Both the position numbers and the translations under genes were made by a program. 64,000 nt of DNA from IMG/VR virus record IMGVR_UViG_3300021255_002784, positions 24,416-88,415 of that record; one strand, given 5' to 3'. The notes under the pieces are model-generated. The model searched no databases. It saw only the letters and a program-made list of their open reading frames with translations, and was not told where the DNA came from. Positions 10,359-19,840 of the stretch are shown in pieces (position 1 is the first letter of the stretch; every line of letters begins with the position of its first letter). Source of the DNA: a virus (Duplodnaviria; Heunggongvirae; Uroviricota; Caudoviricetes).

Positions 10359-11477
10359 ATGGAAGATTATTTAATTTGCCCAATATGTAGTTGTAAAAGT
10401 AAAAACCTAATATCACATATTAGAAGAACTCATGACAAAAATATAAAAAACAGAGTTGATTTTGAAAATAGATTTCCTGAATTAAAAGGTACAAAACTTC
10501 AGATATCTAGATACGATTTGTCAAAAGAATTTAAGTGTGAGTTTTGTGGAAAAATCTACCACAGATTGAATGACTTAAGAAACCATATTCGGCAAAATCA
10601 TCCGGATAAATACTTCAAAACAATACCTAACTTAAAAGCACCTCAACAAAAATGTCCTATATGCTCAAAACTGGTAGGAAACTTAAGACAACATGTTAAA
10701 GAATCTCATGATTTAGAATGGGAAGTATTTTGTAAAGAATATAATTGGGACGTTAATAAAGCAAAAATTATAACTGACGAGTACAGGAAAAAATTGTCGG
10801 AAAATAAAAAATTATATTATAGGAGTCCAGAAGGGTTGAAAAGAAGAAAGAAACAATCAGATTTCTGGAAAGAAAATAATCCAGTCTACAATCCAAAATG
10901 TTTAGAAAAATCAATGTTTACAAGAAGTTCAAATGGGCACCTACCAGTACGAAACCAGGATTGTAGAGGAATAAAAGTTAATTGTTTTGGAAAAACATTC
11001 AGAAGTTTTACCGAATTTAAGTTTTATATCTTGTGCAAAAAATACGGATTAAACATCAGATATGAACCAAACGATTATTGCGTCAAATGGTATTCAGAAG
11101 ATAAAAAATTTTATACTACATATCTCCCAGATTTCATCATAAATGAAAACGAACTGATCGAATTAAAACAAGACAAATATCAGGTTAAAAAATGTGTAAA
11201 TTTTGAGAAATACATAAAAGTTTCAGAAGCATATAAAAAATTAAATGTTAATTTTAAGATAGTTGATCCTATTGAATTTTTCAAAGAAAGGGGCGTAATT
11301 TTAGATTTTGAAGATAAACAGTACATTAAAGATAATATATTAAATTTGTATGATAAAAACGCTATACGAATAATAACCCCGTATAAAGAATCTTCCGAAT
11401 TAAGAGATCTTTTCGAAACGGACAATTTATCGAACATTTCTTGCATAACATTCACCAAAAATGCTAAAAAATCATAA
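10359..11477 (+). CDS. free-standing homing endonuclease (C2H2 zinc fingers + PD-(D/E)xK/Vsr-like domain) located between the IntN and IntC genes
   Basis: three CxxC...HxxxH fingers (CPICSCKSKNLISHIRRTHD, CEFCGKIYHRLNDLRNHIRQNHPD, CPICSKLVGNLRQHVKESHD); C-terminal YLPDFII...ELIELK nuclease-like motif; own ATG after a frame-0 stop, different frame from flanking ORFs. Confidence 0.6.
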   Translation: MEDYLICPICSCKSKNLISHIRRTHDKNIKNRVDFENRFPELKGTKLQISRYDLSKEFKCEFCGKIYHRLNDLRNHIRQNHPDKYFKTIPNLKAPQQKCPICSKLVGNLRQHVKESHDLEWEVFCKEYNWDVNKAKIITDEYRKKLSENKKLYYRSPEGLKRRKKQSDFWKENNPVYNPKCLEKSMFTRSSNGHLPVRNQDCRGIKVNCFGKTFRSFTEFKFYILCKKYGLNIRYEPNDYCVKWYSEDKKFYTTYLPDFIINENELIELKQDKYQVKKCVNFEKYIKVSEAYKKLNVNFKIVDPIEFFKERGVILDFEDKQYIKDNILNLYDKNAIRIITPYKESSELRDLFETDNLSNISCITFTKNAKKS

Positions 11478-12582
11478 TATGAAATATTGCAAAATTTATA
11501 AAATAGAGACTATAACTGTTGACCAACCAGTATATGATATAGAATTGGCAGAAAATCATTATTTTTCCGCCAATGGTATAATCACACATAATTGCAGGCT
11601 CAAGAACAAGGTGCAAACCAAAGAGTTCAATTTCACCAATGGTAATATGGGCGTCATGACTGGTAGCAAGTCAGTCATCACTCTGAATCTGAACCGTATT
11701 ATCCAAGACAGTTATAATGAGTGGTGTAAGATCTTCTCTAATGGTACACCTGACGAACTGAAAGAGACGTTCAAAGAAGACTACAGTGTTCTTTGCAACA
11801 GTCTCCAACAAGTACTCGAAAGAGTATATAAGTATCACACCGCCTACAACGAGAGCCTCTGGCGTATGTACGATGCACATATGTTACCTGTATATAGAGC
11901 AGGATTCATATCACTGGACAAGCAGTACCTGACTATCGGCATCAATGGTCTGAACGAAGCCGCTGAGTTCCTTGGTATATCCATCAATGACAACCCCGAG
12001 TATTCGAAGTTCTGTCAGACGGTGTTTAGCTGTATCAAAGATATGAACACCTCACACAACGGTAAGTTTAACGGACATAAACTGACATTCAATACCGAGT
12101 GTGTTCCTGCAGAATCGTTAGCTGCCAAGAACTACAACTGGGACAAGGCTGATGGATACTGGGTTCCTGAAGGACGTAATCTGTATGCATCTTATATATA
12201 TCTACCGTCTGACGAGAAAGTCAATCTGTTCGAGAAGATACGTATGCACGGTAAGAATTACATCGGCGACTACCTGGACGGAGGATCAGCAGCTCACCTC
12301 AACCTGGACAGTCACCTGAGTAAAGCCCAGTACGAGAAAGTGCTTCAGTACGCAGCTGAACAAGGATGTCAGTACCTGACTTTCAATATACCGAACAGTG
12401 AGTGTGCCGACTGTGGATATATTACGAAAGTACCTATTGCTCAATGCCCGAAGTGTGGATCAGAACATATCTGGTACTACGACAGACCGATTGGATATAT
12501 AACCCGAATAGATCGCTGGGCAACAGCAAGACAGATCGAACAAAAAACAAGAGTATACGAACACATTCCATCGGATTGTTAA
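11461..12582 (+). CDS. nrdD: IntC (C-terminal intein part) fused to the NrdD C-terminal fragment
   Basis: intein blocks F/G (VYDIELAENHYFSANGIITHN) then +1 Cys resuming CRLKNK (completes SSC|CRL); C-terminal Zn-ribbon CADCGY...CPKCGS and glycyl-radical region RPIGYITRI. Confidence 0.8.
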   Translation: MLKNHNMKYCKIYKIETITVDQPVYDIELAENHYFSANGIITHNCRLKNKVQTKEFNFTNGNMGVMTGSKSVITLNLNRIIQDSYNEWCKIFSNGTPDELKETFKEDYSVLCNSLQQVLERVYKYHTAYNESLWRMYDAHMLPVYRAGFISLDKQYLTIGINGLNEAAEFLGISINDNPEYSKFCQTVFSCIKDMNTSHNGKFNGHKLTFNTECVPAESLAAKNYNWDKADGYWVPEGRNLYASYIYLPSDEKVNLFEKIRMHGKNYIGDYLDGGSAAHLNLDSHLSKAQYEKVLQYAAEQGCQYLTFNIPNSECADCGYITKVPIAQCPKCGSEHIWYYDRPIGYITRIDRWATARQIEQKTRVYEHIPSDC

Positions 12583-12587
12583 TAAAA

Positions 12588-12619
12588 GAACCTAGATCCT
12601 AAAGATCTAGGTTCTTTTT
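12588..12619 (+). terminator. strong rho-independent terminator after nrdD
   Basis: AAGAACCTAGATC...GATCTAGGTTCTT perfect hairpin + TTTT. Confidence 0.7.
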
Positions 12620-12632
12620 AATATATTGATAT

Positions 12633-13556
12633 ATGCAAATAGTAATTCCTAGTGTAGAGATGTTGGTTCCGGAGACGGATCAGACATCTATGTTCAAGCA
12701 CATTGTCAAGTGTGCACAGACCTGTTATAAAGTTGATAAGGATGTGGACGATCCACGTGAATGGATCAAAACACATCTGTTGTCTAACTCACCTCGTCAT
12801 CTGAGTCCTCTGGAACACGGCACTGCTTATCTGACTATTCAGGTAGACAAAAATGCACCCACTGATATCGTCGATGAGGCAAACAGGCGCGATAATATTG
12901 TTCAATTTTATATTGATAACAAGTATTCTCATGTCAATACCTACGAGAGTCCTGTAGGATATACCGCTTATATCACTACTAACTATCGAGTGATCGAAGA
13001 GAACCATCGTTGGGGCGATCTGATCTATCTTACCAAACCATTCAAGAAACACGAGAAGCGTTATACCTTCCGATTCTCCTGCGATATCGGAGTCAGTCGC
13101 GAAGCTAATCGACATCGTTCCATCTCACCGAGCGAGCAGAGCACTCGGTACTGCAACTACAGCAATGATCGGTTCGGGAACTCACTGCAGATCGTCTTAC
13201 CAACTAATCTGTTTGATGCACCAGATGAACAACTGGTTCCTCGCAAACTGGATGAGTACTGCGCAGCTATTGCGGATGGAAAGGATTCCGGATTTCCTGA
13301 TATCGATTGGTGGATGTTCGCTAACATCGCTTGCGAGACTGCTTACATGAATCTGATTCGACTAGGATGGAAGCCCCAACAAGCTCGCCGCGTTCTTCCG
13401 TTAGACACTCATACTGAAGTGGTTTATACCGCATTCGAAAAAGACTGGAGACACTTCCTCTATTTGAGAGATGATAAGGCAGCTCATCCAGACATGCGTT
13501 TCCTGGCGCGTCAGGTACATATCCAACTACTGAAAGAAAAAGAAAAATACAAATAA
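12633..13556 (+). CDS. thyX: flavin-dependent thymidylate synthase ThyX
   Basis: ThyX signature RHRSISPSEQSTRY (RHRxxSxxxxSxRY) and N-terminal SPLEHG motif. Confidence 0.85.
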   Translation: MQIVIPSVEMLVPETDQTSMFKHIVKCAQTCYKVDKDVDDPREWIKTHLLSNSPRHLSPLEHGTAYLTIQVDKNAPTDIVDEANRRDNIVQFYIDNKYSHVNTYESPVGYTAYITTNYRVIEENHRWGDLIYLTKPFKKHEKRYTFRFSCDIGVSREANRHRSISPSEQSTRYCNYSNDRFGNSLQIVLPTNLFDAPDEQLVPRKLDEYCAAIADGKDSGFPDIDWWMFANIACETAYMNLIRLGWKPQQARRVLPLDTHTEVVYTAFEKDWRHFLYLRDDKAAHPDMRFLARQVHIQLLKEKEKYK

Positions 13557-13568
13557 ATCGATTTATAT

Positions 13569-14270
13569 ATGGATGGAAACAGAACATTCGTAGGAAAGGT
13601 CAACGGCAAAACCTACTATAGTATTGAGGATTATAACATGGCGTATCTGGATGCCATAGGCAAGGACGGAACGGTTACTGCGTCAATTGAATTCAAACCT
13701 GCGCACACTGAACAAGAACAGGCATTCGATTATTGCCTCCCAGATTTCGACCTAGATGAATTGACCGGCGTAGCCGAGACAGACACACCTATCATTGAAG
13801 ATTTTATCAAGCAAGATTTGGCCTCAGATCGGATTATAGATATCCTTGATCGATCCGATAAAATGAATGCTAAGGATCGTGCTGAACTGATTACTGATGT
13901 AAAGGACATGATTGAAAGTATTAAGGCGGATATCAATGACAACAATCGTTCGCATTCATCTTTGCTTAAGAGCATGGCGAGCAACGAGCAAGAGATCAAT
14001 CAGATCCGTGCAAAATTGGATAGTCTGAACGAAAACAAAAATAAAATTCAGACCCAAATCAATATTACCGAGGGTGCAGATCGAATACTAAGAGCCTCAC
14101 ACGGGTTCTACACCTCACTCTATGAAGATTTGAACAGTAGACTTCCAGCAGATGATTCGCACAACAAGGTTACCGGACGCGAGGTGGAAAAGGGTAACCC
14201 CGGATTTATCCTGGATCACGACCAGAAGGAAATCGCACGAAAATTGTTCAAAGAGATTTTAGGAATCTGA
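13569..14270 (+). CDS. hypothetical protein with coiled-coil (233 aa)
   Basis: ORF; acidic with a predicted coiled-coil segment. Confidence 0.45.
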   Translation: MDGNRTFVGKVNGKTYYSIEDYNMAYLDAIGKDGTVTASIEFKPAHTEQEQAFDYCLPDFDLDELTGVAETDTPIIEDFIKQDLASDRIIDILDRSDKMNAKDRAELITDVKDMIESIKADINDNNRSHSSLLKSMASNEQEINQIRAKLDSLNENKNKIQTQINITEGADRILRASHGFYTSLYEDLNSRLPADDSHNKVTGREVEKGNPGFILDHDQKEIARKLFKEILGI

Positions 14271-14278
14271 TACAGATC

Positions 14279-14312
14279 GAATGGAGTTACGGAACGGTAA
14301 CTCCATTTATTT
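14279..14312 (+). terminator. rho-independent terminator
   Basis: ATGGAGTTACGGAACGGTAACTCCAT hairpin + TTATTTTGTTTT. Confidence 0.6.
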
Positions 14313-14466
14313 TGTTTTATTGCGCGATTTCCTTTGATTTAACGCAATATCTATTTCGAGATGATAAATTATATTGTTTTTAATTTTTTTGCGCATAAAC
14401 ACTAAATATTTCGATTTATTTCTTATATATACTCATAAGAACAATATTTAAGAAAGGAATACGAAT

Positions 14467-14736
14467 ATGACAAAGAATGAAACAGTGAATTACGCAATTG
14501 ATCACTTGATGGACAACGGAAGCCTTACTGAAGTGATTAACGGACGCGCATTCAGCACATATACAGAGCACACACGTTTTGAATTGGAAGCCCTTTATGA
14601 CCGGCTCGCTCAGAAGGGTTACATTTCAGCAGAAAGTCTTGCCACTGCTTATGAGAAGCGCCTAACAGAGAATCGCAAACGGGTTCAGACGATGAAAAAC
14701 CATAATATCTCATTAGTTCGCAAGATGAGTAAGTAA
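14467..14736 (+). CDS. hypothetical protein (89 aa)
   Basis: ORF. Confidence 0.4.
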   Translation: MTKNETVNYAIDHLMDNGSLTEVINGRAFSTYTEHTRFELEALYDRLAQKGYISAESLATAYEKRLTENRKRVQTMKNHNISLVRKMSK

Positions 14737-14746
14737 TCAACAACGC

Positions 14747-14782
14747 ATCAGATTAGAAGAAGGCTTAAAAACCTTCTTCTTT
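14747..14782 (+). terminator. rho-independent terminator followed by a promoter box
   Basis: AGAAGAAGG...CCTTCTTCT hairpin + TTTTTTT, then TATATATTACATACATG reaching the next start codon. Confidence 0.65.
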
Positions 14783-14799
14783 TTTTATATATTACATAC

Positions 14800-15594
14800 A
14801 TGAAAAAGTATAATATCATAGGGGACACTCACGGTCGCACTCATTGGGGGCGCCTGGTACAGGAAGATTGCGTAAATATCTTTGTAGGAGATTACTTCGA
14901 TCCGTACGAGTGCATACCGTTCGAGAAACTCAAGGAAAACTTTGAAAATATCATCCAGTTCGCTCGCACACACCCCGACACTATCTTGCTGCTGGGTAAT
15001 CACGATCTCCACTATCTACATCACGAACCGGGCGGATCTCGTAAGGATCGAACTCATGAAAAAGAGATCGAGCGGCTATTCCTCGATAACATGCATCTGT
15101 TCGGAGGCATGGCATTCGCGATCAGCAAGAACATTTTGGTATCACATGCTGGTGTAACAAAAGAATGGTTGAAAAAGACCGAGTATGTTGGGTATCCCGG
15201 CAATGCATACGAGATTGCAACACACATCAACAACATTTTCTGGGATGGATATATGGAACGTTCTGATGGTACTGCGGATTGGGGTGAACGTCCGTGGGAA
15301 ACAGGTCTGGGTAAGTTCCGATTTGTATACGGCGCTACCAGTTGGGGAGATGTATACGGCACCTCACCGGAACAGTCACCAGCATGGATTCGTCCTACAA
15401 CATTAGTCAAACCCTGTCACAACGGACTACCTGATGGTAAACAGATCGTGGGGCATACTCAGGTAAGAACGATAATTCCTGATGCACATCCGCATATTAT
15501 TATAGTCGACTCCTTGGAACAAGGCTTCATTGCATCCCTGATTGTCGAACATGAAAATGGTAAAGATGTATTCAAAGTTAACCAAATACAGTAA
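14800..15594 (+). CDS. calcineurin-like metallophosphoesterase
   Basis: GDTHG, GDYFD and GNHD motifs in canonical order. Confidence 0.7.
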   Translation: MKKYNIIGDTHGRTHWGRLVQEDCVNIFVGDYFDPYECIPFEKLKENFENIIQFARTHPDTILLLGNHDLHYLHHEPGGSRKDRTHEKEIERLFLDNMHLFGGMAFAISKNILVSHAGVTKEWLKKTEYVGYPGNAYEIATHINNIFWDGYMERSDGTADWGERPWETGLGKFRFVYGATSWGDVYGTSPEQSPAWIRPTTLVKPCHNGLPDGKQIVGHTQVRTIIPDAHPHIIIVDSLEQGFIASLIVEHENGKDVFKVNQIQ

Positions 15595-16003
15595 GCACGA
15601 ATTTAGACAGGTGCATCAAAAAATAATTGATGTACTCAATTCGTGTGATGATGAGGCTCAGTTCGTCTCCGCTACTCATATGTGTAACAACTTTCGAAGA
15701 TGGATTGTATTTTGGAAAAACAAATGGAAACGAACCCTGATGAGATGTCCGTGGGAACTTTTCGATTATATCGATTGGTCTAATGAAATGAATATGCTTA
15801 TCAATGACATCGATGCTGTTGTACAACAGTTCTATAATTTTATAGAGCAGAAACATCGAGAAGAATCAGATCGGGCTCAAAAAGACGCAGATATAGCACA
15901 TCAAGTTCGTATGGAGAATGCTTGCTCTCTTAAATATCCTAAGTCTGTAGTGATAAAAGGGTTTGCGGATCCAGAACCTAAAAAACGAAAAAAAGAAACA
16001 TGA
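15542..16003 (+). CDS. hypothetical protein (true start probably downstream of 15542)
   Basis: ORF overlapping the end of the preceding gene. Confidence 0.35.
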   Translation: MSNMKMVKMYSKLTKYSKHEFRQVHQKIIDVLNSCDDEAQFVSATHMCNNFRRWIVFWKNKWKRTLMRCPWELFDYIDWSNEMNMLINDIDAVVQQFYNFIEQKHREESDRAQKDADIAHQVRMENACSLKYPKSVVIKGFADPEPKKRKKET

Positions 16004-16209
16004 ATAATCCACACATCAACTGGAAAGAAGTCCACATCAATGCTGCCATCAATTTCATGGGAGCAATTATTGAAACAACGAAACATTCAGTTTTGGAAAC
16101 AGAAGCCGTGAAAGATATATATGCTCGAGCTGCTGTACAGTATGCGGATGCGCTTGTCAAACAACTAATTGATTCAGTAGAGAACTATGACCAAGACACA
16201 AGTATCTAA
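16000..16209 (+). CDS. hypothetical protein (69 aa)
   Basis: ORF with ATGA overlap to the upstream gene. Confidence 0.35.
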   Translation: MNNPHINWKEVHINAAINFMGAIIETTKHSVLETEAVKDIYARAAVQYADALVKQLIDSVENYDQDTSI

Positions 16210-16927
16210 AATAGTGGGCTACGGCATAGTAGCCCTGATTATCATATTACTGCTATCCGGGTTAGGCAAGGTAAGTCATGATTTGAAGGTCGCACATCAC
16301 AACCTGGATGTATCTCGCGACTCGATTGAAGTACTAGAGCTCAAAAACGGGAACTTGGTGTACGAAATGAGTTCTTATATATTGGAAAAGAAAGAACTAG
16401 AGCACAGTCTAAACATCTCTAAATCAGAAGTAAATGAGCTGGAAAAGAAACTTAACTCTAAGTTGGCATACATATCCAATCTCGAAGCACATATCCGTTA
16501 TGACACATTGATTTTCAAAGACACATCTATCGTTTTTGACGACACTGTGTATATAAATATTGGATATAAGAATGATTGGATCGACATCGACGGTTTCACC
16601 ACCCTTCACAACGGTTGGTCCACTACTCAATATAATAGTATAACTGTGCCAGCTCCTCTTCGAGTAGGACTCACAGATAACTATAACATCTGGGTTGAGT
16701 CCAAGAATCCGTATCTGGTTATCACAGACATCGAAGGTGCTGCTATTCGGGGTAGTTCTATATATACCAAACCCAAACGATGGTCCTTATCCCTGCAGAT
16801 GGGTGTGGGTGGTCTGATCGGATACGGCTTGTGTGTTCCGCCTGATGGCACAGTCAACTCAGGAATCATCTCAGGTGGTGGTCTGTACTTCGGATTAGGT
16901 GCATCCTATAAGCTAATTGAATTCTAA
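16187..16927 (+). CDS. hypothetical membrane-anchored protein (246 aa)
   Basis: N-terminal TM helix (IVGYGIVALIIILLLSGLG) followed by a coiled-coil. Confidence 0.45.
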   Translation: MTKTQVSKIVGYGIVALIIILLLSGLGKVSHDLKVAHHNLDVSRDSIEVLELKNGNLVYEMSSYILEKKELEHSLNISKSEVNELEKKLNSKLAYISNLEAHIRYDTLIFKDTSIVFDDTVYINIGYKNDWIDIDGFTTLHNGWSTTQYNSITVPAPLRVGLTDNYNIWVESKNPYLVITDIEGAAIRGSSIYTKPKRWSLSLQMGVGGLIGYGLCVPPDGTVNSGIISGGGLYFGLGASYKLIEF

Positions 16928-16985
16928 ATCTAATATATTTTGGAGGTAGTCATATAAAGATTACCTCAGTTTTTTATATATTTAT

Positions 16986-17573
16986 ATGTGTATGACAGAC
17001 ATATATCACACAGACAATAAATACGAAATAGTATATGCTGATCCGGCCTGGTCGTATTACAATGATATGACAGTGGATCCTGACTGCACCACGATACGGG
17101 GTATGAGGAGACCACCATATCCGGTGATGTCTGTGAAAGATATCTGTAATCTACCAATAAAAGATATAACCGCAGACAACGCAATACTTTTTATCTGGAC
17201 CACAGATTACCATTTGGGACGCTGCATCAGTGAAGTGATTCCGGCTTGGGGATTTGAATACAAAACGATTGGATTTGTGTGGGCCAAGAAGGGTAAGCAA
17301 GGCAAACAAGTTTCATTTATGGGAGCCTACACCAAGAAGTCAGGCTGCGAATTATGCCTGATAGCTACCAAAGGAAAAGACGCACACAAGCTTGTACAAA
17401 AACACAATATAAATTCTTTTATAGAATACCCAAGACAAGAACATTCCAAAAAACCGGATATAATAAGAGATTCTATTGTTGAATTGTGTGGCGACCGAAA
17501 ACGCATTGAACTATTTGCTCGCGATAATTACGAGGGTTGGGATGTTTGGGGAAATGATTCGAAAATATCATAA
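16986..17573 (+). CDS. DNA N6-adenine methyltransferase, MT-A70-like
   Basis: IVYADPAW motif (DPPW family) and downstream conserved MT-A70 region. Confidence 0.6.
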   Translation: MCMTDIYHTDNKYEIVYADPAWSYYNDMTVDPDCTTIRGMRRPPYPVMSVKDICNLPIKDITADNAILFIWTTDYHLGRCISEVIPAWGFEYKTIGFVWAKKGKQGKQVSFMGAYTKKSGCELCLIATKGKDAHKLVQKHNINSFIEYPRQEHSKKPDIIRDSIVELCGDRKRIELFARDNYEGWDVWGNDSKIS

Positions 17574-17742
17574 AATACAAATATGACTGAATTAGAAAAG
17601 AAATTATTTTTCTCCAATGAGTTAGCGCTGCAAAATCCGGGCTATTTGCAAGCAAAACGCAACATAGAGGAGGCGTTTGAAAAACACAAACAAGAATACA
17701 AAGACTTAACTGGTAATGATTATATAACAAAATTGAAATAAT

Positions 17743-18147
17743 ATGCAAAAATCATTAAAAACACGCTGGAATGAGATCTGTAATGAATACCTTCGAGCAT
17801 TCTGTGAACGTCATGAGTACGAGTACGAACCGTACATGTGGGTAGGAAGTGATCCTGGCACCATTATCGAAGTGTGTGATATGTTTGTGACCATGGAAAA
17901 CATCCGATACGACGTGGATAACAATATCGATCCAGACATGTTCCACAGATGGTACTGGAAGAGTATTGAATTGAACCAGTTGGGTGTGGAGCACTGGATG
18001 AACTATCCCAGCTACTGCAAAGGGGCGCCTGATGAGTGGTCTGAAGAGCGTATACAACGCTTGCGCGAGGCTAACCAACGAGTTGAGGAAGCCAAGCAAG
18101 ACCTACGGAAAGAAATCGATTCGTGTAAACAAAACCACATCTTCTGA
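17743..18147 (+). CDS. hypothetical protein (134 aa)
   Basis: ORF. Confidence 0.4.
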   Translation: MQKSLKTRWNEICNEYLRAFCERHEYEYEPYMWVGSDPGTIIEVCDMFVTMENIRYDVDNNIDPDMFHRWYWKSIELNQLGVEHWMNYPSYCKGAPDEWSEERIQRLREANQRVEEAKQDLRKEIDSCKQNHIF

Positions 18148-18271
18148 TATGGATGATATCTCTGATATATTTCCGGAGTTCTATTTCGATGATGTGATTC
18201 GTCCTCCTGATATAGATTTTGAGGAAGCTATTGACAACGAGGACGATTTGTTCTATTTTTGCTGATAGATT

Positions 18272-18517
18272 TTGCTAAATGTTTCCACTTTTTTCTTATA
18301 TATATACATGAGGAAAAGAATATGCGAATATAAGAAACAAACAGTATTGAAACCCGGAGATTCTTACGGATCTTGCACAGTAAAATCTGTACACAAAATC
18401 CAAGGAGCACAGGCTCCTATCAAAGCATATTATGACGATGGTAAACCTATTGAGAACAAGGACGATGTTCTTCGGATGGTGCTCGACAACGGAATGATTC
18501 ATTATGTAAAACTCTAA
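18272..18517 (+). CDS. hypothetical protein (81 aa)
   Basis: ORF just downstream of a TTCTTATATATATACATG box. Confidence 0.4.
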   Translation: MLNVSTFFLYIYMRKRICEYKKQTVLKPGDSYGSCTVKSVHKIQGAQAPIKAYYDDGKPIENKDDVLRMVLDNGMIHYVKL

Positions 18518-18530
18518 AAACAAATAATAT

Positions 18531-18749
18531 ATGGACGGATGGAATAGAGAAAAGGTAAGCGATGTGATTCGTGTACTGAATGATGTATACGAAGCGAAAT
18601 ACGAACTGGAGAAATGTGTGCGAGGTTCGTTCACAGGATGCACCACCTATCAAGACTTAGGTGTACACTTGAAAGAACTGGCTAGTCGGTTGGAATCAAG
18701 TGCTGATTGTTTGTTTGCTCAAGAGGAGGAACCTGAAGATGAACAATAA
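18531..18749 (+). CDS. hypothetical protein (72 aa)
   Basis: ORF. Confidence 0.35.
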   Translation: MDGWNREKVSDVIRVLNDVYEAKYELEKCVRGSFTGCTTYQDLGVHLKELASRLESSADCLFAQEEEPEDEQ

Positions 18750-19254
18750 AGATACACATAGCCCAATGAAGGCATATCGTTTGAAACACATACCCACAGG
18801 TCTCTATTGGGTGAAAAAAAGCTACGGTCGTCTTTCTGATACAGGGACCTTGTTTACAACAGCTGCTAATTCGTTTAATGGATTAGGTCCTGATTCGAGT
18901 GTTCCTTTGTATATCTTACAGGACAAATTCATCCGTCAACACCTGGATGTATTTGAGAGAGTAGGTGAACTCGAAGAAATTCCTGAAACAGAATGGGATA
19001 TGAAAATCGGTAAATTTATCCCGACAGGTAAGTCGCACTTTCAATGGCACATGACATCTAAGGTATCGGATTTTGAGAAAGAATACGTGACCCTGGATCC
19101 CGAGGTACCAGAACCGCCTGTAAGCGAGAAGGATTCGGACCTTGTTGAGCAAGTAACACGTATCTGCTGGAACCAGATGTTTTCTATCTCAAAGGACTTG
19201 ATGCCTTACGAAGATCTATTGAAACGTGTTAAAAATCAATTGGATAAGAAATGA
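18739..19254 (+). CDS. hypothetical protein (~171 aa from the internal ATG)
   Basis: ORF; start chosen at MNNKDT after the upstream stop. Confidence 0.4.
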   Translation: MNNKDTHSPMKAYRLKHIPTGLYWVKKSYGRLSDTGTLFTTAANSFNGLGPDSSVPLYILQDKFIRQHLDVFERVGELEEIPETEWDMKIGKFIPTGKSHFQWHMTSKVSDFEKEYVTLDPEVPEPPVSEKDSDLVEQVTRICWNQMFSISKDLMPYEDLLKRVKNQLDKK

Positions 19255-19769
19255 AAGTCATTTTCCTGGACATAGATGGTGTGCTCAATTCAGAAGAATA
19301 CTTCAAACGCTGGCATGAGGAGAACCTAGGACAAAAAGGTCACGATCATTATGTAGATGAGATAGCTGTGGATAGACTGATGGACCTGATCCAGAAGACG
19401 GGTTGTTATATAATATTATCCTCTTCTTGGAGACGACACAACCTACCTGATACTATTTTATATCTATCCGAACACCGAAGTTTGGATAGGATACAACCTT
19501 ATCTGATTGGCATCACACCCCGTCTATGGCAGTACAGAGGTAGAGGTGACGAGATCAAACGTCTGATGAATGAATGGTCTGACTGGGTCAAGCGGGGTCT
19601 GATCAGCGAAAAATTCAAAGATGACAAGATCAATAACTACGTTATTCTGGATGATGATTCAGACATGCTGGATGAACAAAAAGAACATTTCATTCATACA
19701 AAGTGGGCAGTAGGGCTACAGGATTCTGATGTGGAGAAGTGCTTAAATATTTTGGGAGGAAATCACTAA
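19251..19769 (+). CDS. HAD-superfamily hydrolase-like protein
   Basis: N-terminal FLDIDGVLN (HAD motif I DxDGV); its stop codon lies inside the AATCACTAA repeat motif. Confidence 0.5.
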   Translation: MKVIFLDIDGVLNSEEYFKRWHEENLGQKGHDHYVDEIAVDRLMDLIQKTGCYIILSSSWRRHNLPDTILYLSEHRSLDRIQPYLIGITPRLWQYRGRGDEIKRLMNEWSDWVKRGLISEKFKDDKINNYVILDDDSDMLDEQKEHFIHTKWAVGLQDSDVEKCLNILGGNH

Positions 19770-19840
19770 CAAGGTCTTGAAAACCCTTGGGACTCCGTCA
19801 ACAAAGTCTTGAAAACCTTTGGGATTTCATTAAACATTTC
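19761..19840 (+). repeat. two tandem units of the intergenic repeat cassette + T-run + promoter box
   Basis: AATCACTAACAAGGTCTTGAAAACCCTTGGG...CAACAAAGTCTTGAAAACCTTTGGGATTTCATTAAAC then TTTTTTTCTTTTATATATACATAA. Confidence 0.7.

Noticed and set aside
14942-15410. Overlapping 71-118-aa ORFs on both strands inside the metallophosphoesterase gene
   Set aside because: Internal alternative frames; no signals.
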